DNA of 64,000 bases, from assembly GCA_002269645.1 (NCBI GenBank), contig NIVC01001868.1, positions 163,784 through 227,783 on the forward strand. Reading direction: 5' to 3'. Position numbers and translations under genes: made by a program. Positions 46,201-57,194 of the stretch are shown here, piece after piece. The stretch's first letter is position 1; every line of letters starts with the position of its first letter. The notes beneath the pieces are model-generated. The model saw only the letters and a program-made list of their open reading frames with translations, ran no database searches and was not told where the DNA came from. Source of the stretch: Macrostomum lignano (Eukaryota).

Positions 46201-49200
46201 CCGCCGTGTCCCAGGCCGGTCTGGTTGACGCCACCGCCGAGGGTCGGGTTCAGGTTCGTAATCTGGCATCGCTATGAAAGTCGCATTTTCAAGGCTGAAA
46301 CTAAGGCTCGGGAGTTATAAGAACTCCAAGGATTTTAAAATTATGGGAAAAGTTTGAAGGTTCACTTCAAAGATAAGTGACCTCGAACTTTTTTCACCTC
46401 GAACAGCTCCAATCTCACCCAGTTCCAATTTCACCCAGTTCCAATCTCACATTGCTCCAATCTCAGCTCCAATCTCACATTGCTCCAATATCACATTGCT
46501 CCAATGTCAGCTCCAATCTCACATTGCTCCAATATCACATTGCTTCAATATCAGCTCCAATATCACATTGCTCCAATCTCAGCTCCAATCTCACATTGCT
46601 CCAATATCACATTGCTCCAATCTCAGCTCCAATCTCACATTGCTCCAATATCACATTGCTCCAATATCACATTGCTCCAATCTCAGCTCCAATATCACAT
46701 TGCTCCAATCTCATGACTCCAATCTCACCTAGCTCCAATCTCACCCAGCTCCAATCTCACCTAGCTTCAACTCACCTAGCTCTAATCTCACCCAGCCCCA
46801 AATCACCTAGCTCCAGCGTCACATAGCTCCAATCCCACATAGCTCCAATCCCACATGGCTCCAACCTCAGCTAGCTCCAATCTCACATAGCTCTAATCTC
46901 ACAGCTCCAATCTTGCATATCTCCAATCTCACTCAGCTCCAATCTCAGCTCCAATCTCAGCTCCAATCTCACATAGCTTCAATCTCACTCAGCTCCAATC
47001 TTACTCAGCTCCAATCTCACCCAGCTCCAATCTCACCTAGCTCCAATCTCTCAGTCACGCGTATAATAGAATATTTACTACTGAAGACCGTCAGACAGGC
47101 AAAATTTCTATATTATTTTTTTCTAAAAGAATCGAATAAAATCATTGACATCACTACTGTGCCCCTACTGCTTTACCCACAGGTTCGCGTAGAATCTGTC
47201 GGCTTTGACTCTACAGGCAGTGCTCGGGTATTTTCCACCGCCTACGGCTGGGTGTCCGTTGTGCCACTGGCCGAACTGCGAGTTCACGCACCTGTTGCTG
47301 CTATCAAAGTTGGCAACTGCGTGCCGTTGTGGGCCGTGGCTCAAGGCGGCGTCGGCCCGATCGCATTGGCAACCGTAACTCCGGCCATGTACTTTCACTG
47401 GAGTCTGGACGGGGAGGGACAGGTAAGGGTGCTTAAATTGCATTTCCATAGGAAGCCCCGATCACTGAATCAAGCCTGCTAGATTTAGGCTGTGTCTTAT
47501 TGAATCTGGGTCAGTGGGGGGCTGGGTCAATTTAATCTGGGTCAGTGGTGGGCTGGATCAGTTGAATCTGGGTCAGTGATGGGCTAGGTCAATTGAATCT
47601 GGTCAATTGAACAGGGTTAATTCATCTGAGTCATGATGATGTGAGTCACCCATCTGGGTCATAGAAATTGGGCCACTTCCCCGGTCACATTGGATTACAC
47701 TGTAAACTTTTTCAATATACGAATGTAAGGGAAGCCACAATGTAATGCACTTCAGTAACCATGCTATCCTATCCCACTCAACTGCAGGTCGGCAGTCTGA
47801 CCCACCTTTTGAGCCACCTGGGCCAGCCGCTCCGAGCCAAGCGCATGTCAGCCGGGGTCCGCCTGTGCGGCCTCTCGCCGGGCCAGGCCGTTGTCCGGCT
47901 TCGTCTGCACCGCGACCAGAACCAGCAGCGGCCGCAGCACCAGGCCGAGCTGTCAATCCGCGTGGTGGCCGCCCTGTCAGTGCCGGGCGTCTGCGCCGAG
48001 CCGATCCGCATGGCGCCTGGCAGCAGCTACGATCTGTCAGCCAATCGCAAGGCTGGCGACCTGCGCTATAGCCTTATTGAGACTGCTCAGCCTGTGTCTC
48101 ACTACCAGCAGCAGCATCAGCAACAGGTGGTCACCCTCAGCTCCTCTGGCCAGCTGACCGCTCTGAACAGCCACGGCAGCTCGCTGCTCACCGTGTCCGC
48201 CGAGAGCCGCTGGGCCAATCAGACTCTCACTATGCGAGTTGACATCTGCCCCATTGCCTACCTGATGCTGCAGTACGATGGACCTGAACTTCCCCGGATG
48301 CGGGCCGATTTGCATCACCTGCCCACTGGCGGCCTGTACGGACTGCGGGTCGCCGCCTTCACTGCGCTGGGCGACCCGATTCATGCGGCCAACCCGCCCC
48401 TGACTGCCCACGCTAGCCGGCTGGACTTTGTGCAACTGTCCGACTTTGCTAATCAGTCATTTAGCTTGCGAGCTATTGCCAAAGGTTGCACGGCTTTTCA
48501 AGTTAGTCACAATGGTCTGCAAGATTTTGCCGTGGTATTCACTGCGCCCGCCATTGAGCCGCATGATGTTCAGGTGAGCAGTATGATTGCTAAATCATGC
48601 CACCCACCACCCCAATCCATGCCACCCACCTCCCCAATCCATGCCACCCACCACCCCAATCCATGCCACCCACCTCCCCAATCCATGCCACCCACCGCCC
48701 CAATCCATGCCACCCACCTCCCCAATCCATGCCACCCACCTCCCCAATCCATGTCACCCACCTCCCCAATCCATGCCACACGCCTCCCCAATCCATGTCA
48801 CCCACCTCCCCAATCCATGTCACCCACCTCCCCAATCCATGTCACCCACCTCCCCAATCCATGCCACACGCCTCCCCAATCCATGCCACCCACCACCCCA
48901 ATCCGTGACGCCCACCTCCCCAATCCATGCCACCCACCTCCCCAATCCATGTCACCCACCTCCCCAATCCATGTCACCCACCTCCCCAATCCATGCCACC
49001 CACCTCCCCAATCCATGCCACCCACCTCCCCAATCCATGTCACCCACCTCCCCAATCCATGTCACCCACCTCCCCAATCCATGACACCCACCTCCCCAAT
49101 CCATGTCACCCACCACCATGTCACCCACCTCCCCAATCCATGTCACCCACCTCCCCAATCCATGTCACCCACCTCCCCAATCCATGCCACCCACCACCCC

Positions 49201-52200
49201 AATCCGTGACGCCCACCACCCCAATCCATGTCACCCACCTCCCCAATCCATGCCACACGCCTCCCCAATCCATGTCACCCACCTCCCCAATCCATGCCAC
49301 CCACCACCCCAATCAATGCCACCCACCACCCCAATCCATGTCACCCACCTCCCCAATCCATGCCACCCACCTCCCCAATCCATGCCACCCACCACCCCAA
49401 TCCATGTCACCCACCTCCCCAATCCATGTCACCCACCTCCCCAATCCATGCCACCCACCTCCCCAATCCATGCCACCCACCTCCCCAATCCATGCCACCC
49501 ACCACCCCAATCCATGTCACCCACCTCCCCAATCCATGTCACCCACCTCCCCAATCCATGCCACTACTCCACTCAAATCTGTACCACTAACCGTATTAAA
49601 AAATCTTTCAAACCTGCTGTCACCGTAGATATCCGCCGGCACCGTCCTCTGCTTTTCGTCGCCATTCCTGCACGGCGAGGAGCTCAGTTGGGCGTCCACC
49701 AACCCGCAGTCGCTGGCCGTACTGCCAGACACTGGCCTGGCCGTGGCTCTGGCGCCCGGCAAGTCCGCCGTCTTCCTCGCCGGCCGCCGATTCTCCGCCT
49801 CAGCCGACGTCCTCGTATCCGAGCCGACCGACTTGTCCGCCTCGGCGCCGCCCGGCTCCCTGCTGTCGGACAGCGGCCACGCTCCGCCGGTTTTCATCAC
49901 CGTCGGACCGGCTGCTCCGGTTGCTTCGTTGGCCGCCGCCGCTTTCGCTGCCGGCAACTGCACGGGCGGCACCAGCGGTGGCTCTTCAACGCCGAAGCTG
50001 TCACCAAATGGAGTGGAACTGCTGTCCAGTCTGCTGCAGTGCCAGGCCCAGTTTAGCGACGAAGTCTCCAGCCACCGGGCCGCTTCTGGCCTACCTGTGC
50101 TCCACGCCGAGCCCACTCTGGTCAGCGGGGGCCGTCTGGCCTGCCTGGTCCGCGTACAGCCGCCGCCAGCCGCCGCCGCCGCGCCCTGGTGGGACGCCGA
50201 TTCCGACGACTCCGACAACGGCGACCGTCGGCATCGGCTTCCGCATGTTGTTGTGACGGCCGAGCTGCCCAGAGCCGGAGCCGCCGCGCCGCCCGTCTCC
50301 ATTCCGCTCTGGCCGGCTGTCCGGCTCGCCAGCACGCCGACTCCGACTTTAGATGAAGACGGCGTTGCCGAACTGCGCCTGCTGGTGCACCCGGCTGCTC
50401 GGCAGGGACTGTCGGTGCAAGCCGCTCGGCCTGACCTGCTGCGCGTGTCCGAGCCTCGCGTCTGCTCCGATGCTCAAGCTGACAACGATGGCGATGCTCC
50501 GGCTGCCACCCCCATAGCCGGCTGCCTGACCGTGTCGCTGCGTCTGACACCCACCGCTCTGGACGGCCTATCGACGTCCCAGGATGCAGTGACTGTAGCT
50601 TCGTCAGCTGCGTCAGTGGCCGATCTTCGCGTTATCGTACGGCACCAGCGAACTCGGCAGAATCTGGACCTGCCAGTTCGGCCGCATCCCAGCCTGCTGC
50701 GCTCCGCCGGCGGCTCTCGATCGACTGCCCGCAGCGACTCTGCCACTGATGCCATCGGCCTATCTGACGCCAGCAATCGGGGCCTGCTGTACATCGGGAT
50801 TGGCGCGCTGATCGCCCTGCTGGTGATCGGCTTCACCGCCCGACTGCTGCAGCCGCCGCGGCTGCTGATGGCCGATCCGGCGGCAGCTGGCGTTGGACTG
50901 ACGCCGCCGCGCGGTACTGCCGGAGCTGCTGCTGGAGCTGATTCGCTGGGGGCTCGGTCTAGTCTGGGTATGTTGCTTCCATCTGTCTTAACCCATCTGG
51001 AGCTCCAGTGTCATCCGGCTCAAATAGTCCCTCCCATCTCACCCAGCTCGGATCTCCAATCTTACAAAGTGTGATCTCCCTCTCTAATCTCACCCAGCTC
51101 GGATCTCCTCCAATCTCACCAAGTGGGATTTCCCTCCCATCTCACCCAGCTCGGATCTCCTCCAATCTCACCCAGCTCGGATCTCCTCCAATCTCACCAA
51201 GTGTGATCTCCCTCTCTAATCTCACCCAGCTCGGATCTCCTCCAATCTCACCAAGTGGGATTTCTTTCTAATCTCACCTAGCTCAGATCTCCAATCTCAC
51301 CAGCTCTGATGTCACCCCGCTTTATTCTCACCTAGCTCTAATCTCCCTCAAATCTCACCCAGCTCTAATATCACTCAGCTCTAATCTCACCTAGCTCTAA
51401 TCTCACCCAGCTCTAATCTCACCCAGCTCTAATCTCATCCAGCTCTAATCTCACCCAGCTCTAATCTCACCCAGCTCTAATCTCACCCAGATCTAATCTC
51501 CCTCAGCTCAAACCTCTCCAATCCCATCCAGCTCGGATCTGACTCATTCCTATTTCGCCCAAGTAAATAGCAGGTATTTACAGGTTTAGCAGTTACTAGC
51601 AATCTTCGCCCCCCGTTGGGGGACATCTGTATAGAACCTCTGTTCTTTACAAGTAACAAAAAGACAGCCAAATAGAGTCTTCACAAAGACAACAGAAAAA
51701 CTGCTCAAATGAAGCACAATGCAAAAAGAAAACATCCCAAGACAGCAAGCATCCCCCCTCCCCCCCCAGATAGCAAGCACCCCCAGATAGCAAGCACCCC
51801 CAGATAGCAAGCACCCCCAGATAGCAAGCACCCCCAGATAGCAAGCATCCCTCAGATAGCAAGCATCCAATTGATAGCAAGTATCTATCCTTAAATAGCA
51901 AGCATCCACCAGACAAAAAGTATATAGTGCAACATTTCCTTAGCTTTCTAGGGGCTGCTTTATGATTGGCATGACGCTTCTTATTACGTTTGAAAATGTC
52001 TCTCCTGTGTTTGAAATGGTGGCTATTTTATTTTTGAATTCGTGGCTTTTTAATGTTTGGCATTGTGACTCTTTAATGTTCTACATGGTGGCTCTTTAAT
52101 GTTTGACATCGTGGCTCGTTAATGTTCGACATGGTGGCTCTTTAACGTTCGACATGGTGGCTCTTTAATGTTCGACATGGTGGCTCTTTACTGTTTAACA

Positions 52201-53747
52201 TGGTGGCTCTTTAACGTTCGACATGGTGGCGCTTTAATGTTCGACATGGTGGCTCTTTACTGTTTGACATGGTGGCTCTCTAATGTTTGACATAGTGGCT
52301 CTTAATTTTTTACTTGGTGGCTCTTTAATGTTTGACATGGTGGCTCTTTAATGTTTGACATGGTGGCTCTTTATTGTTCGAAATTGTGGCTCTTTAATGT
52401 TCTACATGGTGGCTCTTTAATGCTCTACATTGTGGCTCTTTAATGCTCTACATTGTGGCTCTTTAATGTTCTACATATTGTGGCTCTTTAATCTTCGACA
52501 TGGTGGCTCTTTAATGTTTGACGTTGTGGCTCTTTAATGTTCGACATGGTGGCTCTTTAATGTTCTACATTGTGGCTCTTTACTGTTTGACATGGTGGCT
52601 CTCTAATGTTTGACATAGTGGCTCTTAATTTTTTACTTGGTGGCTCTTTAATGTTTGACATGGTTGCTCCTTACTATATGACATGCTGGCTCTTTAATGT
52701 TTGACATGGAGTCACGTATGTGTTTGACATGGAGTCACGTATATATTTGGCATGGAGTCACGTAAATGCTTTACATGGTGGCTCTTTTATGTTTGACATG
52801 GAGTCACGTATATGTTTGACATGTAGTCACATATATGTTTGACATGGTGGCTCTTTTATGCTTGACATGGTGGCTCTTTAATGTTCGACATGGTGGCTCT
52901 TTAATGTTCAACATGGTGGCTCTTCTATGTTTGACATTGCGCTTCTTTTATGTTTCGCAGTTTTGTGTTTTTAATGTGCTTTAATAAAAAAATATTTTTG
53001 CACTACTAAGATTCGAACCCAGGTCACTACATTAGCATCCCAGTCTGTTCGCATCTGGGCTATCTCTTTTCATTTGGAGAACATGAATTGTGGCCCTTAT
53101 AATTCAATTCTTACAGCAAGTCAATTGGAGTAGAAAGTTATGACATAATCAATTTCTCAGTCAGCCAGAATCAGTCTCAATTCAAGTTAGCAATATGGTT
53201 ACGCAATTTCAATCAAGTCTTGTGTGCGTTTTTGTGGCACTGTTTTCACCTTGTTGTGATGCAATATTTATCAGAATTGAAATTCAGCCAGTCAGTTTTT
53301 TCTCTAGCATTCTTACAATGCATTCCAGGTCGAAAAAGCTGCTTGACCTTTGCAAAAAAGCATGTTTTTCGAATATTTAATCCCTTTAAAATTGAGCAAT
53401 TTCTTAGCCAGGATGCATGTACCGTCCCAGGAAAATTTCTGATCGAATGGTGCAAGTTTGAAGAAAATCGGTTGAGCCATTTTTTCTGAAATCTATCGCA
53501 TAGCTAGTTACAGACATTTCATTTTTAGTATATAGGATTACTTATTAAGTAAGCACCGGTACTATCAACTGAGCTACCCCAGCACTGCACGCTTCTCTAC
53601 CCGCTGCTCCCTGCAGACCGGTCCGGCGCGGTGCTATGGAGCCAGGGCTACGGCTACACCAGCTCGGCGGATTTCAGCCCAGTATCGCCGTATCGCCGCA
53701 GTCCGAACACTAGCGGCTTCGGGTCGCGCAGTCGGCTGGCTGATTAA
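34218..53747 (+). CDS. NUP210: Nuclear pore membrane glycoprotein Nup210/gp210, 2017 aa
   Basis: 13 exons: 34218-34399, 38966-39093, 40002-40133, 40488-40853, 41440-41568, 41695-42059, 42633-43712, 44748-45062, 45393-46253, 47183-47422, 47788-48573, 49629-50967, 53617-53747 (6054 nt, open throughout). Signal peptide, then SKVLLPYS...CYLW, KCDVIVD...TTQELYL, EPSYLTF..PGRRWVLDT, GGSGEYSW, GGPQPWVLDP, PPLRLRPANVTLLVG, a single TM helix (GLLYIGIGALIALLVIGFTARLL) and a short SP-rich tail with LWS. All are collinear with known Nup210 proteins. Confidence 0.95.
36548..37514. mobile_element. Older inverted-repeat element enclosing the 225-bp MITE
   Basis: Imperfect terminal inverted repeats of about 55 bp (CTGGCTAGTTACTTTGGCGACAAGACATATTGGCAA... 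/ ...TTGCCAATATGTCTTATTGCCAAAGTGACTGGTAGCCAG). No clear TSD. Confidence 0.55.
36658..36882. mobile_element. Short hAT-like MITE (225 bp) in Nup210 intron 1
   Basis: Right end ...GGGGCAACTGCCCCTTGCCCCCCCCCCCTAGTTGCGCCACTG with a degenerate left end CAATAGTGCAATC. 8-bp TSD CTAAATAT (36650-36657, 36883-36890) fits the hAT nTnnnnAn preference. Confidence 0.75.
39160..39720. repeat. 25-bp minisatellite (Nup210 intron 2)
   Basis: Unit TTGGAGTGACATTGGATTCAATGCT. Confidence 0.92.
40262..40452 (-). mobile_element. tRNA-derived SINE with CORE-like domain, in Nup210 intron 3
   Basis: Minus strand: tRNA-like head with B box GGGGTTCGATTC, followed by CATTGAGCAAGACACTT...CACCCAGCTGTAAAATGGGT, which resembles the CORE-SINE central domain. 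Confidence 0.65.
40928..41350. repeat. 25-bp minisatellite (Nup210 intron 4) carrying acceptor- and donor-like motifs
   Basis: Unit CACAGATGCTGAGGGTGAGCAGTCT, 17 copies. Confidence 0.95.
43795..44465. repeat. About 20-bp minisatellite (Nup210 intron 7)
   Basis: Recurrent GACTGAAACTACC core. Confidence 0.9.
45063..45338 (+). repeat. 34-bp tandem repeat of mini-intron-like units (Nup210 intron 8)
   Basis: Unit GTGAGGGATGGCTAATTAGGGCACTGACTGACAG: one 38-nt copy plus seven 34-nt copies. Confidence 0.95.
46405..47052. repeat. About 16-bp CTCCAATCTCAC-family repeat (Nup210 intron 9)
   Basis: Units CTCCAATCTCACCCAG and CTCCAATATCACATTG. Confidence 0.9.
48595..49562. repeat. 22-bp C-rich minisatellite (Nup210 intron 11)
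   Basis: Unit CCACCCACCTCCCCAATCCATG. Confidence 0.95.
51030..51540. repeat. CTCCAATCTCAC-family repeat (Nup210 intron 12)
   Basis: Units such as CTCTAATCTCACCCAG and CTCGGATCTCCTCCAATCTCACC. Confidence 0.85.
51755..51910. repeat. 17-bp minisatellite
   Basis: Unit CCCCCAGATAGCAAGCA. Confidence 0.85.
52040..52935. repeat. 23-bp minisatellite
   Basis: Unit CATGGTGGCTCTTTAATGTTCGA. Confidence 0.92.
53001..53066 (-). pseudogene. tRNA-like SINE head or tRNA pseudogene
   Basis: Minus strand: A-box-like TAGCCCAGATG and B box GGGTTCGAATC at tRNA spacing. No intact cloverleaf. Confidence 0.5.
53200..53537 (-). mobile_element. Helitron/DINE-1-like non-autonomous fragment
   Basis: Minus strand starts A|TCCTATATACTAAAAATGAAATGTCTGT and contains AAATGGCTCAACCGATTTTCTTCAAACTTG, typical of Helitron-like 5' ends. 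No clear 3' hairpin or CTRR terminus, so the left boundary is approximate. Confidence 0.45.
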
Positions 53748-54419
53748 CTGTTTATCCAGCTGCTGGATGAAGCACACTTTAATTAAGGAAGCATTTTTAC
53801 AATCGCATTCAAAGACTGGATCTGATGACTAATGCCAGTTGTGCTTGGCTTGCTCAGTAATTTTATGCTCTTACTTTGCCAAATAGTTTAATAACATGCA
53901 TCTTAATATCGCCTTGTTCATGCTGTAAAACCTGCACTGACTACTGCTTAGTAGTTGGTGCGCATTTTGCCAATAATCTATGCACTATAGCGATAGCCAG
54001 TGTTCTTGGTGCCTAAGTTTATATTTTAATTCCATTGCTGTCAATGAATAGTAATAAATCACAAATAAATATGCGCCTATTTTTGTGCACTCGTAATACT
54101 ACTCATAGTTATTTAATACAAGTAGTATTTTTTGTTTATTTAAATATTCTTCTACTGTTCTGTTACTTTGTACTTTCTGTGTGTATTTTGTTTTTGTTAG
54201 GCTTAACTAATTATTAATCGCAAAAAATTATAGGCTTTAAAATAAATTGCGTAGCTCTGTCTAATTTCCATCTGATTGGTTTGTTTAATACTTATAATTT
54301 ATCAAATAAATAATAACATTGTCAAAAAATAGTTTGACTGCATTTTGCTGCTGACTTGACGACATAAATAGTCCTATATTTGCTTCTCTTTATATTGCCT
54401 TAAGTCTAGCAGTCTCATC

Positions 54420-55520
54420 CGGCTCCAATCTCTCCTAAATCTGCTCTCACCCAGCTACAATCTCACATAGCTCCAATCTCAACCAACTTCGATCTCATCC
54501 AGCTCCGATATCACCTAACTCCGATCTCATCCAGCTACAATCTCACCTAACTCCGATCTCATCCAGCTACAATCTCACCTAACTCCGATCTCATCCAGCT
54601 CCAATCTCACCTAACTCCGATCTCATCCAGCTCCAATATCACCTAACTCCGATCTCATCCAGCTCCAATCTCACCTAACTCCGATCTCATCCAGCTACAA
54701 TCTCACCTAACTCCGATCTCATCCAGCTTCAATCTCACCTAACTCCGATCTCATCCAGCTACAATCTCACCTAACTCCGATCTCATCCAGCTCCAATATC
54801 ACCTAACTCCGATCTCATCCAGCTACAATCTCACCTAACTCCGATCTCATCCAGCCCCAATCTCTCCTAAATCTGCTCTCACCCAGCTACAATCTCACAT
54901 AGCTCCAATCTCAACCAACTTCGATCTCATCCAGCTCCGATATCACCTAACTCCGATCTCATCCAGCTCCAATCTCACCTAACTCCGATCTAATCCAGCT
55001 ACAATCTCACCTAACTCCGATCTCATCCAGCTACAATCTCACCTAACTCCGATCTCATCCAGCTACAATCTCACCTAACTCCGATCTCATCCAGCTACAA
55101 TCTCACCTAACTCCGATCTCATCCAGCTACAATCTCACCTAACTCCGATCTCATCCAGCTCCAATATCACCTAACTCCGATCTCATCCAGCTCCAATCTC
55201 ACCTAACTCCGATCTCATCCAGCTCCAATATCACCTAACTCCGATCTCATCCAGCTACAATCTCATACAGCCCCAATCTCACTCAGCTCCAATCTCATAC
55301 AGACCCCAATCTCACCCAGCCCCAATCTTATACAGCCCCAATCTCACTCAGCTCCAATCTCATACAGCCCCAATCTCACTCAGCTCCAATCTCATACAGC
55401 CCCAATCTTACCCAGCCCCAATCTCACCCAGCCCCAATCTCACCCAGCCCCAATCTCACCCAGCCCCAATCTCACCCAGCCCCAATCTCATACAGCCCTA
55501 ATTTCACCCAGCTCCAATCT
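54420..55520. repeat. CTCCAATCTCAC-family repeat, 16-bp monomer organised as 32-bp dimers
   Basis: Dimer CTCCGATCTCATCCAG-CTACAATCTCACCTAA. Confidence 0.92.
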
Positions 55521-56119
55521 ACTCTCTAGTTCTACCCTGTCAAATCTTAGCTCTTACTTCATATTGTCTATTATTTTATGCCCATTCTAACTAATCCTAA
55601 ATTCTCTCACTTTGGCCCTCTCATTTCTTGTTTTGCCGGTCACTTTCATCTCAGTTTCTATTTTGTTATTTTGTTTTGTAGTAGCAAGCAGCTTGATTTG
55701 CTTAAACCAAAGTCAACCTCCTAATGCTTCATTTCAGCCCTATTTAAGACATTTTGGCTGCTCAGATCAATTCCAAAAGTCTCTGTTATCTGAGGCTTGC
55801 CTAATTACTCAACTCTTGGATTAGTAATGATTTCTAACGAGCTTCAGTTGCTACTTCTGGCATCCAATCGGCAATCCTGGTGCTCTATTAGAGGCCGAAT
55901 GAAGCACCTGTTGCAGTTATCGCACAGGTGCTGGAGCAGCGGCGGCGGCGCCAGGCTTGACAGTCAGCTGGCGCAGTGGCAGAGCCGCGTCCCGCCAGCA
56001 TTGAATGCGCCGCCTGTGTCATCCAATGCCAGGACTGTGTGGCACTGCGAGCGACTGGGCACTGAGTCAGTTGATAGAGTAGGTTCAGAGGCAGTGGGGC
56101 CTTTTTCTATATCAAATTC

Positions 56120-56995
56120 TGTAGCAGTGGAGGCGGTTGCTAGGGTAGATTCGGTGGCAGTGGAGCCGGTTGCTAGGCTAGATTCAGTGGCAGTGGAGCC
56201 GGTTGCTAGGGTAGATTCAGTGGCAGTGGAGGCGGTTGCTAGGGTAGATTCAGTAGCAGTGGTGGTGGTTGCTAGGGTAGATTCAGTAGCAGTGTAGGAG
56301 CCGGTTGCTAGGGTAGATTCAGTGGCAGTGGAGCCGGTTGCTAGGCTAGATTCAGTGGCAGTGGAGCCGGTTGCTAGGCTAGATTCAGTGGCAGTGGAGC
56401 CGGTTGCTAGGCTAGATTCAGTGGCAGTGGAGCCGGTTGCTAGGCTAGATTCAGTGGCAGTGGAGCCGGTTGCTAGGCTAGATTCAGTGGCAGTGGAGCC
56501 GGTTGCTAGGGTAGATTCAGTTGCAGTGGAGGCGGTTGCTAGGGTAGATTCAGTAGCAGTGGTGGTGGTTGCTAGGGTAGATTCAGTAGCAGTGGTGGTG
56601 GTTGCTAGGGTAGATTCAGTAGCAGTGTAGGAGCCGGTTGCTAGGCTAGATTCCGTGACAGTGGACCCGGTTGCTAGGGTAGATTCAGTAGCAGTGTAGG
56701 AGCCGGTTGCTAGGGTAGATTCCGTGACAGTGGACCCGGTTGCTAGGATAGATTCAGTAGCAGTGTAGGAGCCGGTTGCTAGGGTAGATTCAGTAGCAGT
56801 GTAGGAGCCGGTTGCTAGGGTAGATTTAGTAGCAGTGTAGGAGCCGGTTGCTAGGCTAGATTCCGTGACAGTGGACCCGGTTGCTAGGGTAGATTCAGTA
56901 GCAGTGTAGGAGCCGGTTGCTAGAGTAGATTCCGTGACAGTGGAGCCGGTTGCTAGGGTAGATTTAGTGACAGTGAAGCCGGTTGCTATTGTAGG
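56120..56995. repeat. 33-bp minisatellite
   Basis: Unit GTGGAGCCGGTTGCTAGGGTAGATTCAGTGGCA. Confidence 0.93.
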
Positions 56996-57194
56996 TGCAG
57001 TGGCTTAAATGTCTCAATAATTTATAACTATTTGGCATCGTTTTCCCTTCTTCCCCTCCTCATCTCTGTTTTTGTGACTACTTATTAATGATGAAATTAG
57101 TAGTAAATTATGCAAGTCTATCTATTTTTACATTTCTCTTATACCATTCACCCAGTGGCCTCATCAAAGCGAGTCGCAGCTTCCCCTAGTCCTA

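Noticed and set aside
48574-49628. Pro/His-rich extensions of the Nup210 ORFs
   Set aside because: Read-through into intron 11. A good donor (CAG|GTGAGC at 48573) and acceptor (TAG at 49628) join Nup210-like sequence in frame.
55797-56630. VEPVARLDSVA repeat ORFs
   Set aside because: A 33-bp minisatellite with in-frame TAG in several units, no ATG context and no splice support.
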